This document shows positions 20,276 through 33,172 of a stretch of 64,000 nucleotides of DNA, piece by piece. Below the pieces are notes generated by a model. The model made no database searches, was not told where the DNA came from, and saw only the letters and a program-made list of their open reading frames with translations. The stretch's first letter is position 1. Each line of letters starts with the position of its first letter. The stretch comes from Prochlorococcus sp. HOT208_60m_808G21 (lineage in GTDB: Bacteria; Cyanobacteriota; Cyanobacteriia; PCC-6307; Cyanobiaceae). Position numbers and translations under genes: made by a program. The stretch covers positions 14,925 through 78,924 of the forward strand of contig MWOY01000108.1 in NCBI GenBank assembly GCA_002026015.1, in the 5' to 3' direction.

Positions 20276-20860
20276 TTGAATCTTCCAGTACTAACTATTG
20301 CTAGTGGCAACAAAAGCAAAGTTTCTGAAATTTCGGAAATGCTGGATGTTTTGTCTTTAAGGGTTCAGAGGCAACCAGAATATTTAAATGTCGAAGAGAC
20401 TGGAAACACATATTTTGAAAATGCACTTTTAAAAGCAAAAGCAGCTGCTTTAGAGACAGAAACTTGGGCATTAGCTGACGATTCAGGCCTTGAAGTGGAC
20501 ATCTTAGATGGTCGACCAGGCATATATTCTGCTCGATATGCCAAAAACAATGCTGAAAAAATTAAAAAATTAATTAATGAACTTTCTGATAGTCCTTACA
20601 GGAGCGCAAGATTTATAAGTTGTATGGTTTTATGTGATCCCTCAGGAAACTTAGTGAAGGATACAACTGGAATATGCTGGGGAGAAATTCTTAAGACCCC
20701 AAAATATCCAAATGGGGAGTTCGAATCTATTTTTTGGGTAAAAGAAGCAAACTGTGTTTATGGAGAGCTCTCACAATCGCAACTTAGCAAGTTAGGAAGC
20801 AGGGGTAAAGCTGCCAAAATTATGTCGCCTTATCTAAAAAAAGAAATTGGTTTAAATTAA
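20276..20860 (+). CDS. rdgB: Non-canonical purine NTP pyrophosphatase (HAM1/RdgB)
   Basis: ASGN..K, EETG.TYFENALLKA, LADDSGL, PGIYSARY. Confidence 0.92.
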   Translation: MNLPVLTIASGNKSKVSEISEMLDVLSLRVQRQPEYLNVEETGNTYFENALLKAKAAALETETWALADDSGLEVDILDGRPGIYSARYAKNNAEKIKKLINELSDSPYRSARFISCMVLCDPSGNLVKDTTGICWGEILKTPKYPNGEFESIFWVKEANCVYGELSQSQLSKLGSRGKAAKIMSPYLKKEIGLN

Positions 20861-20867
20861 AAAACTT

Positions 20868-21638
20868 TCAATAATTTGAAATTTCATCAATTGCTCTTAT
20901 AGCTGCAGCTGCTGCTTCTTCTACATCTCCTTCTTTGCCTGCTAGAGTTAATCTACCAAAAGCTCCAACTGCCTTTACATCAACAACAGTTATATTTGAT
21001 GCTTTTTCTGCTTCATTTGCTGCTTTTAAGACATACCCAGCCGGTTCAGTTTCTAATATAAACATACTCATCCCAGATTGAATCATTGATCCACTCCTAT
21101 TTTGTCTATTTATTAAAACAGCATGATCTGGAGTAATAGCTCGAATAACTTCTGTCCAACTTGTTGAAGGTTTGGTTCTTTTTCTAACTTCACTACCAAT
21201 AGCATCTAGAACAACATCCCCGGAATGCAAAACAGTACTTTGATCTTTATGGTAAAGGGCAAGAGAACCAAATGCTCTTTCAACAATCATCTGTCCAAGC
21301 CTTACATTACTAGCCTTTAAGGCTATATCAGTGACTCTATGCACGGCCATCCCAGGTGAAACTTCCATCCATAGGCATGAGTCTCCAGGGATTGGTAAAA
21401 AACCTCTACTAACAGTTCCCATATATGCAGCCAATTGAGGCTGAAGAGAATCTAAAAAAACATATGTTCTTAACTCAATTTGTTCTACTTGACTTGCTTG
21501 TCTGGATACCAAAGACTTTTCTGAGTCAGTTGTAATAAAACAGCTTGCAGCACTAGCCTGAGATTGCACCTCAGATCCTGTGATAAGAGAACTCCCTTTC
21601 TTTCGTTCCCCTCTGTTTAAACTAGAAGTTGGTTCCAT
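20868..21638 (-). CDS. csoS1D: Tandem-BMC carboxysome shell protein
   Basis: [38 protein letters not shown]. Confidence 0.93.
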   Translation of the reverse strand: MEPTSSLNRGERKKGSSLITGSEVQSQASAASCFITTDSEKSLVSRQASQVEQIELRTYVFLDSLQPQLAAYMGTVSRGFLPIPGDSCLWMEVSPGMAVHRVTDIALKASNVRLGQMIVERAFGSLALYHKDQSTVLHSGDVVLDAIGSEVRKRTKPSTSWTEVIRAITPDHAVLINRQNRSGSMIQSGMSMFILETEPAGYVLKAANEAEKASNITVVDVKAVGAFGRLTLAGKEGDVEEAAAAAIRAIDEISNY

Positions 21639-21735
21639 TCACGCGACTATAACGGATAATGGTTCATTTTTTCCATTAAATTTACTTGCATGCTTCCCAC
21701 AAAACGATAACTTCAAGTAAAAGATATGCATTTTT

Positions 21736-22104
21736 ATGGGAACTTCTCAAAAAAAAGAACCAAATGTTTCTGGCACTGAAAAAGAATTAACTCCTGATCA
21801 AACTCTTGGATTAGTCAGCCTAAGCTTGATGCAAAAATTATCTCAGAAAGATCCATCTTTTAGTTGGTTAGAAGAAGATAAAATCGAGAAGGTAAATCTT
21901 AAAAACCTTAGAGATAGATTGGAGTTAACGCAATTAGCTATAAATACTGGAGCACCATTAACTACTTCAGAAGTGACAGCTTTAATTGGAGCAAAGCCCG
22001 GAAAATCTAAGTTAGAAAGAGCAGGATTATTAGCAACGAAAATAGCTAGAAATGTATGGAAAATCTCAAAAACAAGTCAAGGAAATTCCTTCTACAGAAA
22101 TTAA
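21736..22104 (+). CDS. Conserved hypothetical protein
   Basis: 122-aa ORF filling the gap between csoS1D and chlN. Confidence 0.75.
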   Translation: MGTSQKKEPNVSGTEKELTPDQTLGLVSLSLMQKLSQKDPSFSWLEEDKIEKVNLKNLRDRLELTQLAINTGAPLTTSEVTALIGAKPGKSKLERAGLLATKIARNVWKISKTSQGNSFYRN

Positions 22105-22252
22105 AATACGCCCAAAAAGTTTTTTTCATAATTCCCATTTAAGTATTTAAACATTCATATAAGTTTTTTAAATGTGTTCATTTTGTAAGAGAACTTATTA
22201 ATTACTTTCTTAAATTAAAAAGTTTATGCAAGCTTGAAATATAAGCTCTTGA

Positions 22253-23518
<1,266 letters not shown>

Positions 23519-23522
23519 AACT

Positions 23523-25094
23523 ATGGAATTAACTCTTTGGACGTATGAAGGACCACCACATGTTGGTGCTATGAGAATTGCCTCGTCAATGAAAGACATT
23601 CATTATGTGCTTCATGCCCCCCAAGGAGATACATATGCAGATCTTCTCTTTACAATGATCGAGAGGAGGGGGCAAAGGCCTCCAGTAACTTATACAACTT
23701 TTCAGGCTAGAGACCTTGGAGGCGATACAGCAGAATTAGTGAAGAAAAATATTAAGGAAGCGGTTGAACGATTCAAACCCAAAACTCTTTTAGTCGGAGA
23801 AAGTTGTACAGCAGAACTTATCCAAGACCAACCTGGAGCACTTGCGAAAGGGATGGGGTTTGATATGCCGATTGTTAATCTTGAATTACCTGCTTATAGC
23901 AAAAAAGAAAATTGGGGGGCCTCAGAAACCTTTTATCAACTAACAAGAACCCTTTTAAAAGAAAAAGTAAGTTCTTCAGACAAAATAAATCCCCTTAGGT
24001 GGAGGGAATTAGGTAGGAGACCAAAAGTTAATATACTTGGCCCTTCATTACTAGGATTTAGATGTAGAGATGATGTAATCGAAATCCAACGCATACTCTC
24101 TGAACAAGGTATAGATACAAACGTAGTTGCTCCATTAGGAGCTAGTCCTGATGATATTGAAAGACTAATTGATGCTGAAATAAATATCTGTCTTTATCAA
24201 GAAATTGCTGAAGCTTCATGTGATTGGCTTAAACGGAACTTTGGAATGGAATATACGAATACTATTCCTATTGGAATAAAAAATACAATTGAATTTATAA
24301 ATGAAGTTCATGAGAAATTAGATCTTCCTTTAACTAATAAAGAAGAATTAGAAAATAAATCAAAACTTCCTTGGTACTCAAAATCAGTTGACTCTAATTA
24401 TCTAACTGGTAAAAGAGTTTTTATTTTTGGTGACGGAACACATGCAATTGCAGCAGCCAAAATTGCTAAGGAAGAATTGGGTTTTGAAGTAGTGGGTCTT
24501 GGAACATACAGCAGGGAGATGGCCAGACAAGTAAGAGCTACTGCAAAAGATCTTAATGTAGAAGCTCTGATAACTAACAATTATCTAGAAGTGGAAGATG
24601 CCATGATAAAGGCCGCCCCTGAACTAGTTTTAGGGACCCAAATGGAGAGGCATAGTGCAAAAAGACTCGGCATTCCATGCTCAGTAATTAGTACTCCAAT
24701 GCATGTTCAAGATGTTCCTGCAAGATATAGCCCTCAAATGGGATGGGAGGGAGCAAATGTGATTTTTGATGACTGGGTACATCCCCTAATGATGGGCTTA
24801 GAAGAGCATCTTATTGATATGTTCAAACATGACTTTGAGTTTGTTGATGGTCATCAAAGCCATTTAGGACATACAGCGACAAACACAAATAACATTTTAA
24901 ATTCTGAGGAGAAAAAAGGAAAAAATAGTAAAGAAGGAATTATCTGGACTGAATCTGGTAAAGCTGAATTAACAAAAGTTCCATTTTTTGTAAGAGGTAA
25001 AGTTAAAACAAATACTGAAAAATACGCAATCTCGAGAGGAATTCCAGAGATAAGCGATGAAACTCTTTACGATGCTAAAGCATATTTCAGTTAA
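23523..25094 (+). CDS. chlB: Dark-operative protochlorophyllide reductase subunit B
   Basis: [19 protein letters not shown]-terminal [12 protein letters not shown]_red domain. Confidence 0.96.
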   Translation: MELTLWTYEGPPHVGAMRIASSMKDIHYVLHAPQGDTYADLLFTMIERRGQRPPVTYTTFQARDLGGDTAELVKKNIKEAVERFKPKTLLVGESCTAELIQDQPGALAKGMGFDMPIVNLELPAYSKKENWGASETFYQLTRTLLKEKVSSSDKINPLRWRELGRRPKVNILGPSLLGFRCRDDVIEIQRILSEQGIDTNVVAPLGASPDDIERLIDAEINICLYQEIAEASCDWLKRNFGMEYTNTIPIGIKNTIEFINEVHEKLDLPLTNKEELENKSKLPWYSKSVDSNYLTGKRVFIFGDGTHAIAAAKIAKEELGFEVVGLGTYSREMARQVRATAKDLNVEALITNNYLEVEDAMIKAAPELVLGTQMERHSAKRLGIPCSVISTPMHVQDVPARYSPQMGWEGANVIFDDWVHPLMMGLEEHLIDMFKHDFEFVDGHQSHLGHTATNTNNILNSEEKKGKNSKEGIIWTESGKAELTKVPFFVRGKVKTNTEKYAISRGIPEISDETLYDAKAYFS

Positions 25095-25283
25095 TTTTTA
25101 CTAATAAACTTTAATTTAGTCATGAGTATTTTCACCCATAATCTAATAGATTTAATCCTAAAAATTCAGTAATAAGAACATATTTCAAACTTTTAATACA
25201 ATTAAATACATATTTGTTTAGAAACATATTTCATGTGTATTTGCGCTGCAAGAATATAAATAATAATGTGTTTTAAGCTTTAA

Positions 25284-26171
<888 letters not shown>

Positions 26172-26177
26172 TCTTAA

Positions 26178-27188
26178 TTATTCTAATCCAACCAGTTGGC
26201 TTGTTAAATCATAAGTTTGTTGAGAGGTCTTCGTATCAATTATTCTTTTTGACAACTTTTGAGAAAAAGCTTTTCTGCCAGTTTTCTGACGATTTCCCCA
26301 GCTCCAATGGACTGATGGTTTAGCAAATTGTTTATAAGTTGCCACTTGAGCGACCCTCTCTCCTGCCAGTCTTTGTGAAACATATCCTTTTGTTATGAAT
26401 TTTTGAAATATCGGGAAAAGGAATCTAAATAACCAAGGTGTATCTCTAAAAAGTTTTGTATCAGCAACACATCCAGGATATAGAGAATTTACAATAATCT
26501 TATCTGCAGGATATCTTTTTGATAATTCCTGAACGGTCACCATATTGCAAAGTTTACTATCCTTATAAGCCTTACCAGGTTTAAATTTCTTTCCATTCGC
26601 CATACTTATTGGAGATAAAAAACCATTTTTGAATCCAGATAAATCACCCAAATCAGCTGGGGCAGGAATGGGGATTCTTCCTCCAAGTTCTGAATAATTA
26701 GCCGTAACAGTCCCTAATACTGTAATTCTTGGCTTGAATACATTTGATTTGCCATTTAAAACAATTTCTCTTTCGGAAGATAAAATATTTTCCATAAGTA
26801 GATTTATCATAAGAAAATGCCCAAAATGATTTACTGCCATAGAGTTTTCAAAACCCTGAGCTGACCTTTCAGGTCTCTTTAGTCTCGGTTTGTAAACTGC
26901 TGCATTACAAATAAGAGAATTTATTGGCTTCTTAAATCTTTCTAATATTTCATCGCAACCTTTTCTCACATCATCCAAGTTAGAAAGATCTATTTCTATA
27001 AAGTGAACATTTTCAACTTCCTCTTTTGTCAAAGATTCCTTAGCTATTTTTATAGCTCTTTTATTTGATCGATTAACTGCTATAACTTCCCATCCAAATC
27101 TTAATAGAGGTTTTAGAGTATTTAATCCAACTCCTGAAGTTGTTCCTGTTATTAGGACTAAACCCTTAATGTTCTTACTCACTAGCAA
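26178..27188 (-). CDS. por: Protochlorophyllide reductase (POR-type SDR)
   Basis: TGTTSGVG, CNAAVY, NHFGHF, KAYKDSKLCN, SLYPGCVA.T.LFR. Confidence 0.88.
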   Translation of the reverse strand: MLVSKNIKGLVLITGTTSGVGLNTLKPLLRFGWEVIAVNRSNKRAIKIAKESLTKEEVENVHFIEIDLSNLDDVRKGCDEILERFKKPINSLICNAAVYKPRLKRPERSAQGFENSMAVNHFGHFLMINLLMENILSSEREIVLNGKSNVFKPRITVLGTVTANYSELGGRIPIPAPADLGDLSGFKNGFLSPISMANGKKFKPGKAYKDSKLCNMVTVQELSKRYPADKIIVNSLYPGCVADTKLFRDTPWLFRFLFPIFQKFITKGYVSQRLAGERVAQVATYKQFAKPSVHWSWGNRQKTGRKAFSQKLSKRIIDTKTSQQTYDLTSQLVGLE

Positions 27189-27236
27189 AAAAGTTAATTG
27201 AAAAATGAAAAGTAAAATGATTCAAGATCATCCTTA

Positions 27237-27584
27237 TCAACGCCATATTACTCTGATAATGTCCCTAGAAATCATTTGATCCTGATCCTTCATAAATCTT
27301 TGCTCACCTTCAGAAGAGAATAAATCATCAAACTTATCTGTTAAAACATTAAATCTATATTTTTCGTATAAAAATGAGTCTTCAATTTCTCTTAATCTGG
27401 TCAATCTTACTTTAGAACTATAGCCAAGCTTAATCAGGCTTATTATTGCTAAAAGAGAAAAGCTAATTTTTATAATTAAAAAAATCAATAATACAAAATT
27501 ATCCTGTTTCTGTTGTCTTTTTATAAATACAGAACCTAGATATTTTTTGTAGAAAATAGTATTTTTATAAAAAGATTTTGACAA
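27237..27584 (-). CDS. Single-TM coiled-coil protein (possibly FtsB/DivIC-like)
   Basis: Basic N-terminus, one hydrophobic segment, heptad-like stretch; start codon uncertain. Confidence 0.65.
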   Translation of the reverse strand: MSKSFYKNTIFYKKYLGSVFIKRQQKQDNFVLLIFLIIKISFSLLAIISLIKLGYSSKVRLTRLREIEDSFLYEKYRFNVLTDKFDDLFSSEGEQRFMKDQDQMISRDIIRVIWR

Positions 27585-27669
27585 ATTAAGTAGTTGATAT
27601 TTTTACTGAATAAATCAATTCAGTCTTACTTTATTATTACCTTATAAATTTTAAATTTTCTAATAGAAT

Positions 27670-27774
27670 TTAGTTCCTACCTAAACTAATTCCTAGTCTT
27701 AGTGCTAAAACTCCAGCATGCATAACAACTATTAGGCTTAATGCAATAAGATTTATTGTTTGAGTTGGCTCCAT
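27670..27774 (-). CDS. psaM: Photosystem I subunit XII (absent from the ORF track)
   Basis: Manual translation [34 protein letters not shown], with the AGVLALRLG PsaM motif. Confidence 0.9.
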   Translation of the reverse strand: MEPTQTINLIALSLIVVMHAGVLALRLGISLGRN

Positions 27775-27874
27775 AGTAAAAAATTATTTTCTATATTCTC
27801 CACCGAAAAGAGAAAATTTGAAACACTATTACAAAATGATGTTACGTAATTAACAAATTGAAAGAAAAAATTTA

Positions 27875-28630
27875 TTGAAAATTATCATAAATAAAACCAC
27901 AAAGTTAATTTTGGGAATAGAAAATCAGGCTTTAATTTTTTCAACAAATAATTTACCTGGATTTGATCAAATGGCTTTAGATTTAAATTCTTTAGATCAG
28001 ACAATTTCGAATCCTGAAATAATTCTCACATTGAGGTTCTACTATTGGACTGGGGATTGGCTTTCAATTGGCTTTCACCAAAAGGAAATTCCTGCTCATT
28101 GGGAAAATTTATTATCAAATGGGGAAATTAATATTGTTAGACGTCCATCTGGAGGGGGGGCTGTTCTGCATTCAGGAGGCATAACATATGCATTAACATT
28201 TAAAAAAACTTACTATAAATTCTTAAGTTATGAAATGGTTAATAATTGGTTAATTAAAAGTTTTAGAGAATTAGGTCTAAACTTACAATATGGTAATTTA
28301 CAAAAATCAAGCATTAAAACAAATTGTTTTGGGACTTCATTGATTTCTGATTTAGTTGATCAGGATGGGTTTAAGAGAATAGGTAGTGCCCAATTTCGTA
28401 AAAAAGGTGCATTCCTTCAACATGGAGAGATTCAAACAAATCCTCCAAGAGATTTGTGGTTTAAATTATTCAAAGAAGAAGCTCCACCAAAAGTAAATTT
28501 AAAACTAACAAATGATGAAATAGTTCAACATTTGAGTAATTCATTCCTGAAAAGTAAATCAAATATAAATTTCAAAAATATTTCCATAGAAAATAAAAAA
28601 ATTGAAAATTTTGATGGCAAGAATTATTAA
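27875..28630 (+). CDS. Lipoate-protein ligase A family
   Basis: QMALD, LRFYYW, VRRPSGGGAVLH, KRIGSAQ, LQHG. Confidence 0.87.
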   Translation: MKIIINKTTKLILGIENQALIFSTNNLPGFDQMALDLNSLDQTISNPEIILTLRFYYWTGDWLSIGFHQKEIPAHWENLLSNGEINIVRRPSGGGAVLHSGGITYALTFKKTYYKFLSYEMVNNWLIKSFRELGLNLQYGNLQKSSIKTNCFGTSLISDLVDQDGFKRIGSAQFRKKGAFLQHGEIQTNPPRDLWFKLFKEEAPPKVNLKLTNDEIVQHLSNSFLKSKSNINFKNISIENKKIENFDGKNY

Positions 28631-29850
28631 AGATCTCCTTTCTGCTTCATTGAATTAATTATTCTTGGCAATTCAATTCCTAAGGGATAATGATTTTTAA
28701 AGTTTAATTTGTTAACAATCTCTGAAGACAAATTAAAACCTAATTTATTCAATACAAAGTTTCCAATTTTTGACCTATCAATTATCCCCAAAGGGATATC
28801 TGCAGCATTGAGAACCAATAAAAAACCTTCATTTGTTTCTTCAAGTCTTTCTATAGTTCTCCATAATTTTTCGTTATGAGATACACTTTCAAAACTATCG
28901 ATTGGTTTCTTAAAATCTTCAACAATGTTCCGTTCCCATTTTTTTAAGGAAACAGTTTTTAAAATATTCTGATCAACAAAACCGGTCCATCTACCATTAT
29001 TCGTAACAAAAAAATATTTATCCGATGCATCCTTTTTATTTTTTATTATTGTATTAAATTCTGAGAAATTTGAATCGTATTCAATTTTCCTTAAAGGCTT
29101 TAATTTGATATCAGAAATTTTACTAAATTTAAGAATGTTTTCAATTTTAAAAAATTGACTTTCAGATTTTGAAGAATTAACTCCAAACAAACCCAAAAAA
29201 GAAAGAATAAAACCAAAGTAAAAGTTAAATCTAAATAAACAAACTATCCCAAAAAACAAAACAAAAAATGATAATAATAAATTTACTTTATTGAGGAAAT
29301 TTCTTCCTTTATTCTTACTCCCTGAGAAATGCCAAATAATACTTTTTAATAAATTTCCCCCATCTAAAGAACCAATTGGAATCAAATTTAAGAAACCTAA
29401 AAATAAATTAAATATACCCACTCTAGAAATTACATTAACTGCTATTTGTTCTTGTGATGCACTGTTATTACTAATTAAAAGTAGGATAGATGCTGTAGCG
29501 AAACATAAGAGAGGTCTAATAATTGCGATTTTTATATTACCTAAAGCAGTTTGGCAATACTTATCTACTTGTAAAATTGCTCCTAGAAAATAAAAAGTAA
29601 TTTTTTTTATTTTTACACCCTGATTAAGTGAAACAAAAGTATGAAAAACCTCATGAAAAATAATTGAAGAAAATAAGAAAAAAGAAGTTAAAAATCCTAT
29701 AATCCAAGATTCTTTAATGTTATAAATATCACCCGAAGTCAAATTAACTTGATTACTTATACTCCATGTGAATAAAAAGAGAATAGCAAACCAATAGGGG
29801 TGAACTTTAAAGGGAATTCCCCATATTTTAAAAATTTGCCAACTTCTCAA
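28627..29850 (-). CDS. Site-2 protease (M50) with degenerate CBS region
   Basis: HEVFH zinc motif, NLIP..LDGG, multiple TM segments. Confidence 0.85.
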   Translation of the reverse strand: MRSWQIFKIWGIPFKVHPYWFAILFLFTWSISNQVNLTSGDIYNIKESWIIGFLTSFFLFSSIIFHEVFHTFVSLNQGVKIKKITFYFLGAILQVDKYCQTALGNIKIAIIRPLLCFATASILLLISNNSASQEQIAVNVISRVGIFNLFLGFLNLIPIGSLDGGNLLKSIIWHFSGSKNKGRNFLNKVNLLLSFFVLFFGIVCLFRFNFYFGFILSFLGLFGVNSSKSESQFFKIENILKFSKISDIKLKPLRKIEYDSNFSEFNTIIKNKKDASDKYFFVTNNGRWTGFVDQNILKTVSLKKWERNIVEDFKKPIDSFESVSHNEKLWRTIERLEETNEGFLLVLNAADIPLGIIDRSKIGNFVLNKLGFNLSSEIVNKLNFKNHYPLGIELPRIINSMKQKGDL

Positions 29851-29905
29851 AAATAATCTCCGCTATATTTAGCAATAATATTAATTTTACATAAAGGCTA
29901 ATTAT

Positions 29906-30562
29906 ATGCCCAAGAGTAATACTTTAATTAAAATTTGTGGTCTAACGTCAGAAGAACAAGCTCTTCAAGTCGCAAAGTTAGGAGCTCATGCTATCGGCAT
30001 TATTTCCGTGGAACAGTCTCCCAGATATATATCACCTGAAATTAAGAAAAATATTTTTACATTATTAGAAAGTTTGTATCCAAAAATCGAGAGGGTATCG
30101 GTTGTACAAAATTGTCCAATAGACCTAATTATTCAAAATTTCTTAGGAAAACCAAGTGAAACTATCATTCAATTACATGGAGATGAAGATATTGATTATT
30201 GCAAAGAAATAAGGAAAAAGATTCCCAATATTGGCCTATGGAAGGCTTTCAGAATAAAAACGGAAAAGGACATAGATAAAATAAAACCTTTTGAGGATTT
30301 TGTAGATGCGATACTACTTGATTCTTGGAATAAAGATACTTATGGAGGTTCAGGGAAAAAAATAAATTCTATTTATTTAAAGAATCTGCAATTTAGCAAA
30401 CCATGGTGGTTGGCAGGTGGAATATCAATTGAATGGATTGATGAAATCCTCACTGACTTCGACCCAGATGGATTAGATATCTCAAGTAGTATTGAAATAT
30501 CTCCAGGTTTAAAAGATATTAAAAAAACAGAGGATCTTTTTAAGTTTTTAAAAAGAAATTAG
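29906..30562 (+). CDS. trpF: Phosphoribosylanthranilate isomerase
   Basis: KICGLT, SPRY, QLHGDE, GGSGK, LAGG, PGLKD. Confidence 0.94.
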   Translation: MPKSNTLIKICGLTSEEQALQVAKLGAHAIGIISVEQSPRYISPEIKKNIFTLLESLYPKIERVSVVQNCPIDLIIQNFLGKPSETIIQLHGDEDIDYCKEIRKKIPNIGLWKAFRIKTEKDIDKIKPFEDFVDAILLDSWNKDTYGGSGKKINSIYLKNLQFSKPWWLAGGISIEWIDEILTDFDPDGLDISSSIEISPGLKDIKKTEDLFKFLKRN

Positions 30563-31299
30563 TAATTATTAGTAGCGGACTGCTGTTTTACAAGCTCAAA
30601 AAATTCTTGTTTTAAACTTAAATCGTGTCTAAAATCGCCTCTCACCACAGAATTAATCATACTTGTATTGGGTTCTTTCACTCCCCTCCACTTCATACAA
30701 TAATGTTGGGCCTTTACAATAATGCCTAAACCTTTAGGTTCACACAGTTTTTCAATTTCATCTGCAAGAATCATTACAGCTTCTTCTTGAATATGAGGCC
30801 TTGAAAAAACCCAGTCTGCAACTCTAGCAAATTTTGAAAGTCCGATGACCTTATTTCCAGGTTTAATACCTATCCAACACTCTCCTAGAATTGGAACTAG
30901 GTGATGTGAGCATGCAGATCTGACCGAAATTGGACCAACTGTATAAATTTCATCAAGATTTTTGTCATTAGGGAAACTTGTAACTTTAGGTTGTTCATAA
31001 TATCTGCCTTTAAAAACTTCATTTATATACATTTTTGAAACTCTTTCAGCAGTTTCTTGAGTATTATGATCATTCTCAACATCAATTACGAGGGACTTTA
31101 GTAAGTCTTTAACTCTTGAGGCTACTTCTTTTTCTAAAATTTCTAATTCACCAGGATTTATAAAATCAGAAATATTATCGTTAGCACTAAATCTTGTACC
31201 AGCATTCTTAATTCTGTCTCTTATAATTTCAGAAATTAGTTTATTAGTAATCTGGTCGTCAAAGTTTCTAATATTATCGTTGGGTAATGTCGAGGTCAT
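30559..31299 (-). CDS. folE: GTP cyclohydrolase I
   Basis: SACSHHLVP, IGLSKFAR, RPHIQE, HYCMKWRGV. Confidence 0.95.
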   Translation of the reverse strand: MTSTLPNDNIRNFDDQITNKLISEIIRDRIKNAGTRFSANDNISDFINPGELEILEKEVASRVKDLLKSLVIDVENDHNTQETAERVSKMYINEVFKGRYYEQPKVTSFPNDKNLDEIYTVGPISVRSACSHHLVPILGECWIGIKPGNKVIGLSKFARVADWVFSRPHIQEEAVMILADEIEKLCEPKGLGIIVKAQHYCMKWRGVKEPNTSMINSVVRGDFRHDLSLKQEFFELVKQQSATNNY

Positions 31300-31452
31300 A
31301 AAATTCTAAACAGAAAATTGTATGCAACTTAATTAACTGTATCTTCCAAAAGCTTGATTGCTTATATACTATATCACATTCTATTGTTCAATCGGGTTCA
31401 AATAGCACTAAAAAAAATCACTGTTTTAAAATTAATCAGATAAACAGAATGT

Positions 31453-32160
31453 TTAAAAAGCTCCCCCAGAAGGCATCAAAGTCAAGTCTTCGATCAATTG
31501 TGATTCAGGTTTTTGAGCCATGTAGAGAATAGTTTCTGATACCTCTTTTGAAGAGAGCATAGAAGTTCTATCAAAATCAGAATTGATTGATTCAGAGTCC
31601 CAAAGAGGAGTATTTACTGAACCAAGAGTTATTGTGCACGCTCTTATTGAATTAGATCTCTCCTCCTCCCTCAAGCATTTAGTAAACATGGCTAGTGCAG
31701 ATTTTGAAACACAATAAGCTCCCCATTGGGGGAATGCGTTATAAGAAGCATGACTACTTACATTAATAACTAAACCACCATTTTTTCTCATTTGAGGAAT
31801 TATTGAACTACAAATTTGAAAAACACTTGTGAGGTTTATTTGAATAGTTTGTTCCCATTGACATAATTCCATTTCAACTAAAGGGCCATTAAATGCGCAA
31901 CCGGCATTATTTATCAATACTGAAGGGCAACCATACTTCTCAATTGCCTCTTTAACACAATTCTCTATTTCTAAAGGATTAGATAAATCACATTTTACTA
32001 GGTTAATTTTTGATTTAGTGGTCAACAGTTCGCTCTTTAGTTTTTCCATTAAATCCATATTCCTGGAGAGTAAAATCAAATCCCAGCCAGCATTGGCAAA
32101 AGTAATTGCGGTAGATCTACCGATACCTTTTGTAGCACCCGTTATAAAAGCTAGTTTCAA
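31453..32160 (-). CDS. Short-chain dehydrogenase/reductase
   Basis: ITGATKGIG, NNAG, YCVSK; TTG 32160 avoids a 41-nt overlap with accA. Confidence 0.85.
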   Translation of the reverse strand: MKLAFITGATKGIGRSTAITFANAGWDLILLSRNMDLMEKLKSELLTTKSKINLVKCDLSNPLEIENCVKEAIEKYGCPSVLINNAGCAFNGPLVEMELCQWEQTIQINLTSVFQICSSIIPQMRKNGGLVINVSSHASYNAFPQWGAYCVSKSALAMFTKCLREEERSNSIRACTITLGSVNTPLWDSESINSDFDRTSMLSSKEVSETILYMAQKPESQLIEDLTLMPSGGAF

Positions 32161-32161
32161 G

Positions 32162-33169
32162 TTATTCAGTTTTTTGGGGGATTTCACTATAAATCTCTTC
32201 AATATTATTTGCTTCGATAAATTTACCTAAAACCCTAAACTTTTTGTATCTTTCCTCAATTAATTCGTCTTCAGGCATTTGCAGTAACGCATTAAGGTGT
32301 TTCTCAATAGCCTCTTTTAGTGTGTTACCAGCATCTAAAGGAGCCCAATTATTCCCACCAGAAGGTTCTGGTAATACCTCATCTATTATACCTAATTTAA
32401 GCAAATCTTTACCTGTGATTTTAAGTGCTGATGCAGCTTCTGGTGCCTTTGCAGCATCTCTCCACAAAATTGATGCACATGCTTCCGGACTAGCAACTGT
32501 GTAAACACTGTGTTCAAACATTAGTAATCTATCGGCAACACCTATTCCAAGTGCTCCTCCAGAACCTCCCTCTCCAATGACAGTAGCCACAATTGGAACT
32601 TTCAATCCAAACATCTCTCGAAGGTTTCTTGCAATAGCTTCACCTTGACCTTGTTCTTCAGCTTTTAAACCAGCATAAGCTCCAGGAGTATCGATAAATG
32701 TAAGAATTGGCAAAGAGAATCTATTTGCATGCTGCATTAATCTAAGAGCTTTTCTGTAACCTCCTGGTTTTGCCATCCCAAAGTTTCTTACTACATTTTC
32801 TTTTGTGTCCCTTCCTTTCTGATGCCCTAACATCAACACTGGTCTATTATTTATCGAACCTATCCCCCCAATTAGTGCCATATCATCGCCACCATTTCTG
32901 TCTCCATGTAATTCGATCCAGTCATCACAAAACATTTGAACAAAGTCCAACGTACTTGGTCTTTGAGGATGTCTAGCTACCTGAATCTTTTGAGCAGGGG
33001 TAAGAGATTTAAATATTTCTTCTCTTCTTCTAGCAGCTAAGGTTTCAAGCTGCAGAAGCTGTTGACTAACATCTACTTCTGAATCTCGAGCTAATTCTTT
33101 AATTTGCTCTATCTGCTTCTCAAGTTCAACAAGAGGCTTTTCAAAATCAAGGAGGTAACGTTTAGCCAT
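32162..33169 (-). CDS. accA: Acetyl-CoA carboxylase carboxyltransferase alpha
   Basis: [23 protein letters not shown]. Confidence 0.97.
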   Translation of the reverse strand: MAKRYLLDFEKPLVELEKQIEQIKELARDSEVDVSQQLLQLETLAARRREEIFKSLTPAQKIQVARHPQRPSTLDFVQMFCDDWIELHGDRNGGDDMALIGGIGSINNRPVLMLGHQKGRDTKENVVRNFGMAKPGGYRKALRLMQHANRFSLPILTFIDTPGAYAGLKAEEQGQGEAIARNLREMFGLKVPIVATVIGEGGSGGALGIGVADRLLMFEHSVYTVASPEACASILWRDAAKAPEAASALKITGKDLLKLGIIDEVLPEPSGGNNWAPLDAGNTLKEAIEKHLNALLQMPEDELIEERYKKFRVLGKFIEANNIEEIYSEIPQKTE

Positions 33170-33172
33170 AAT

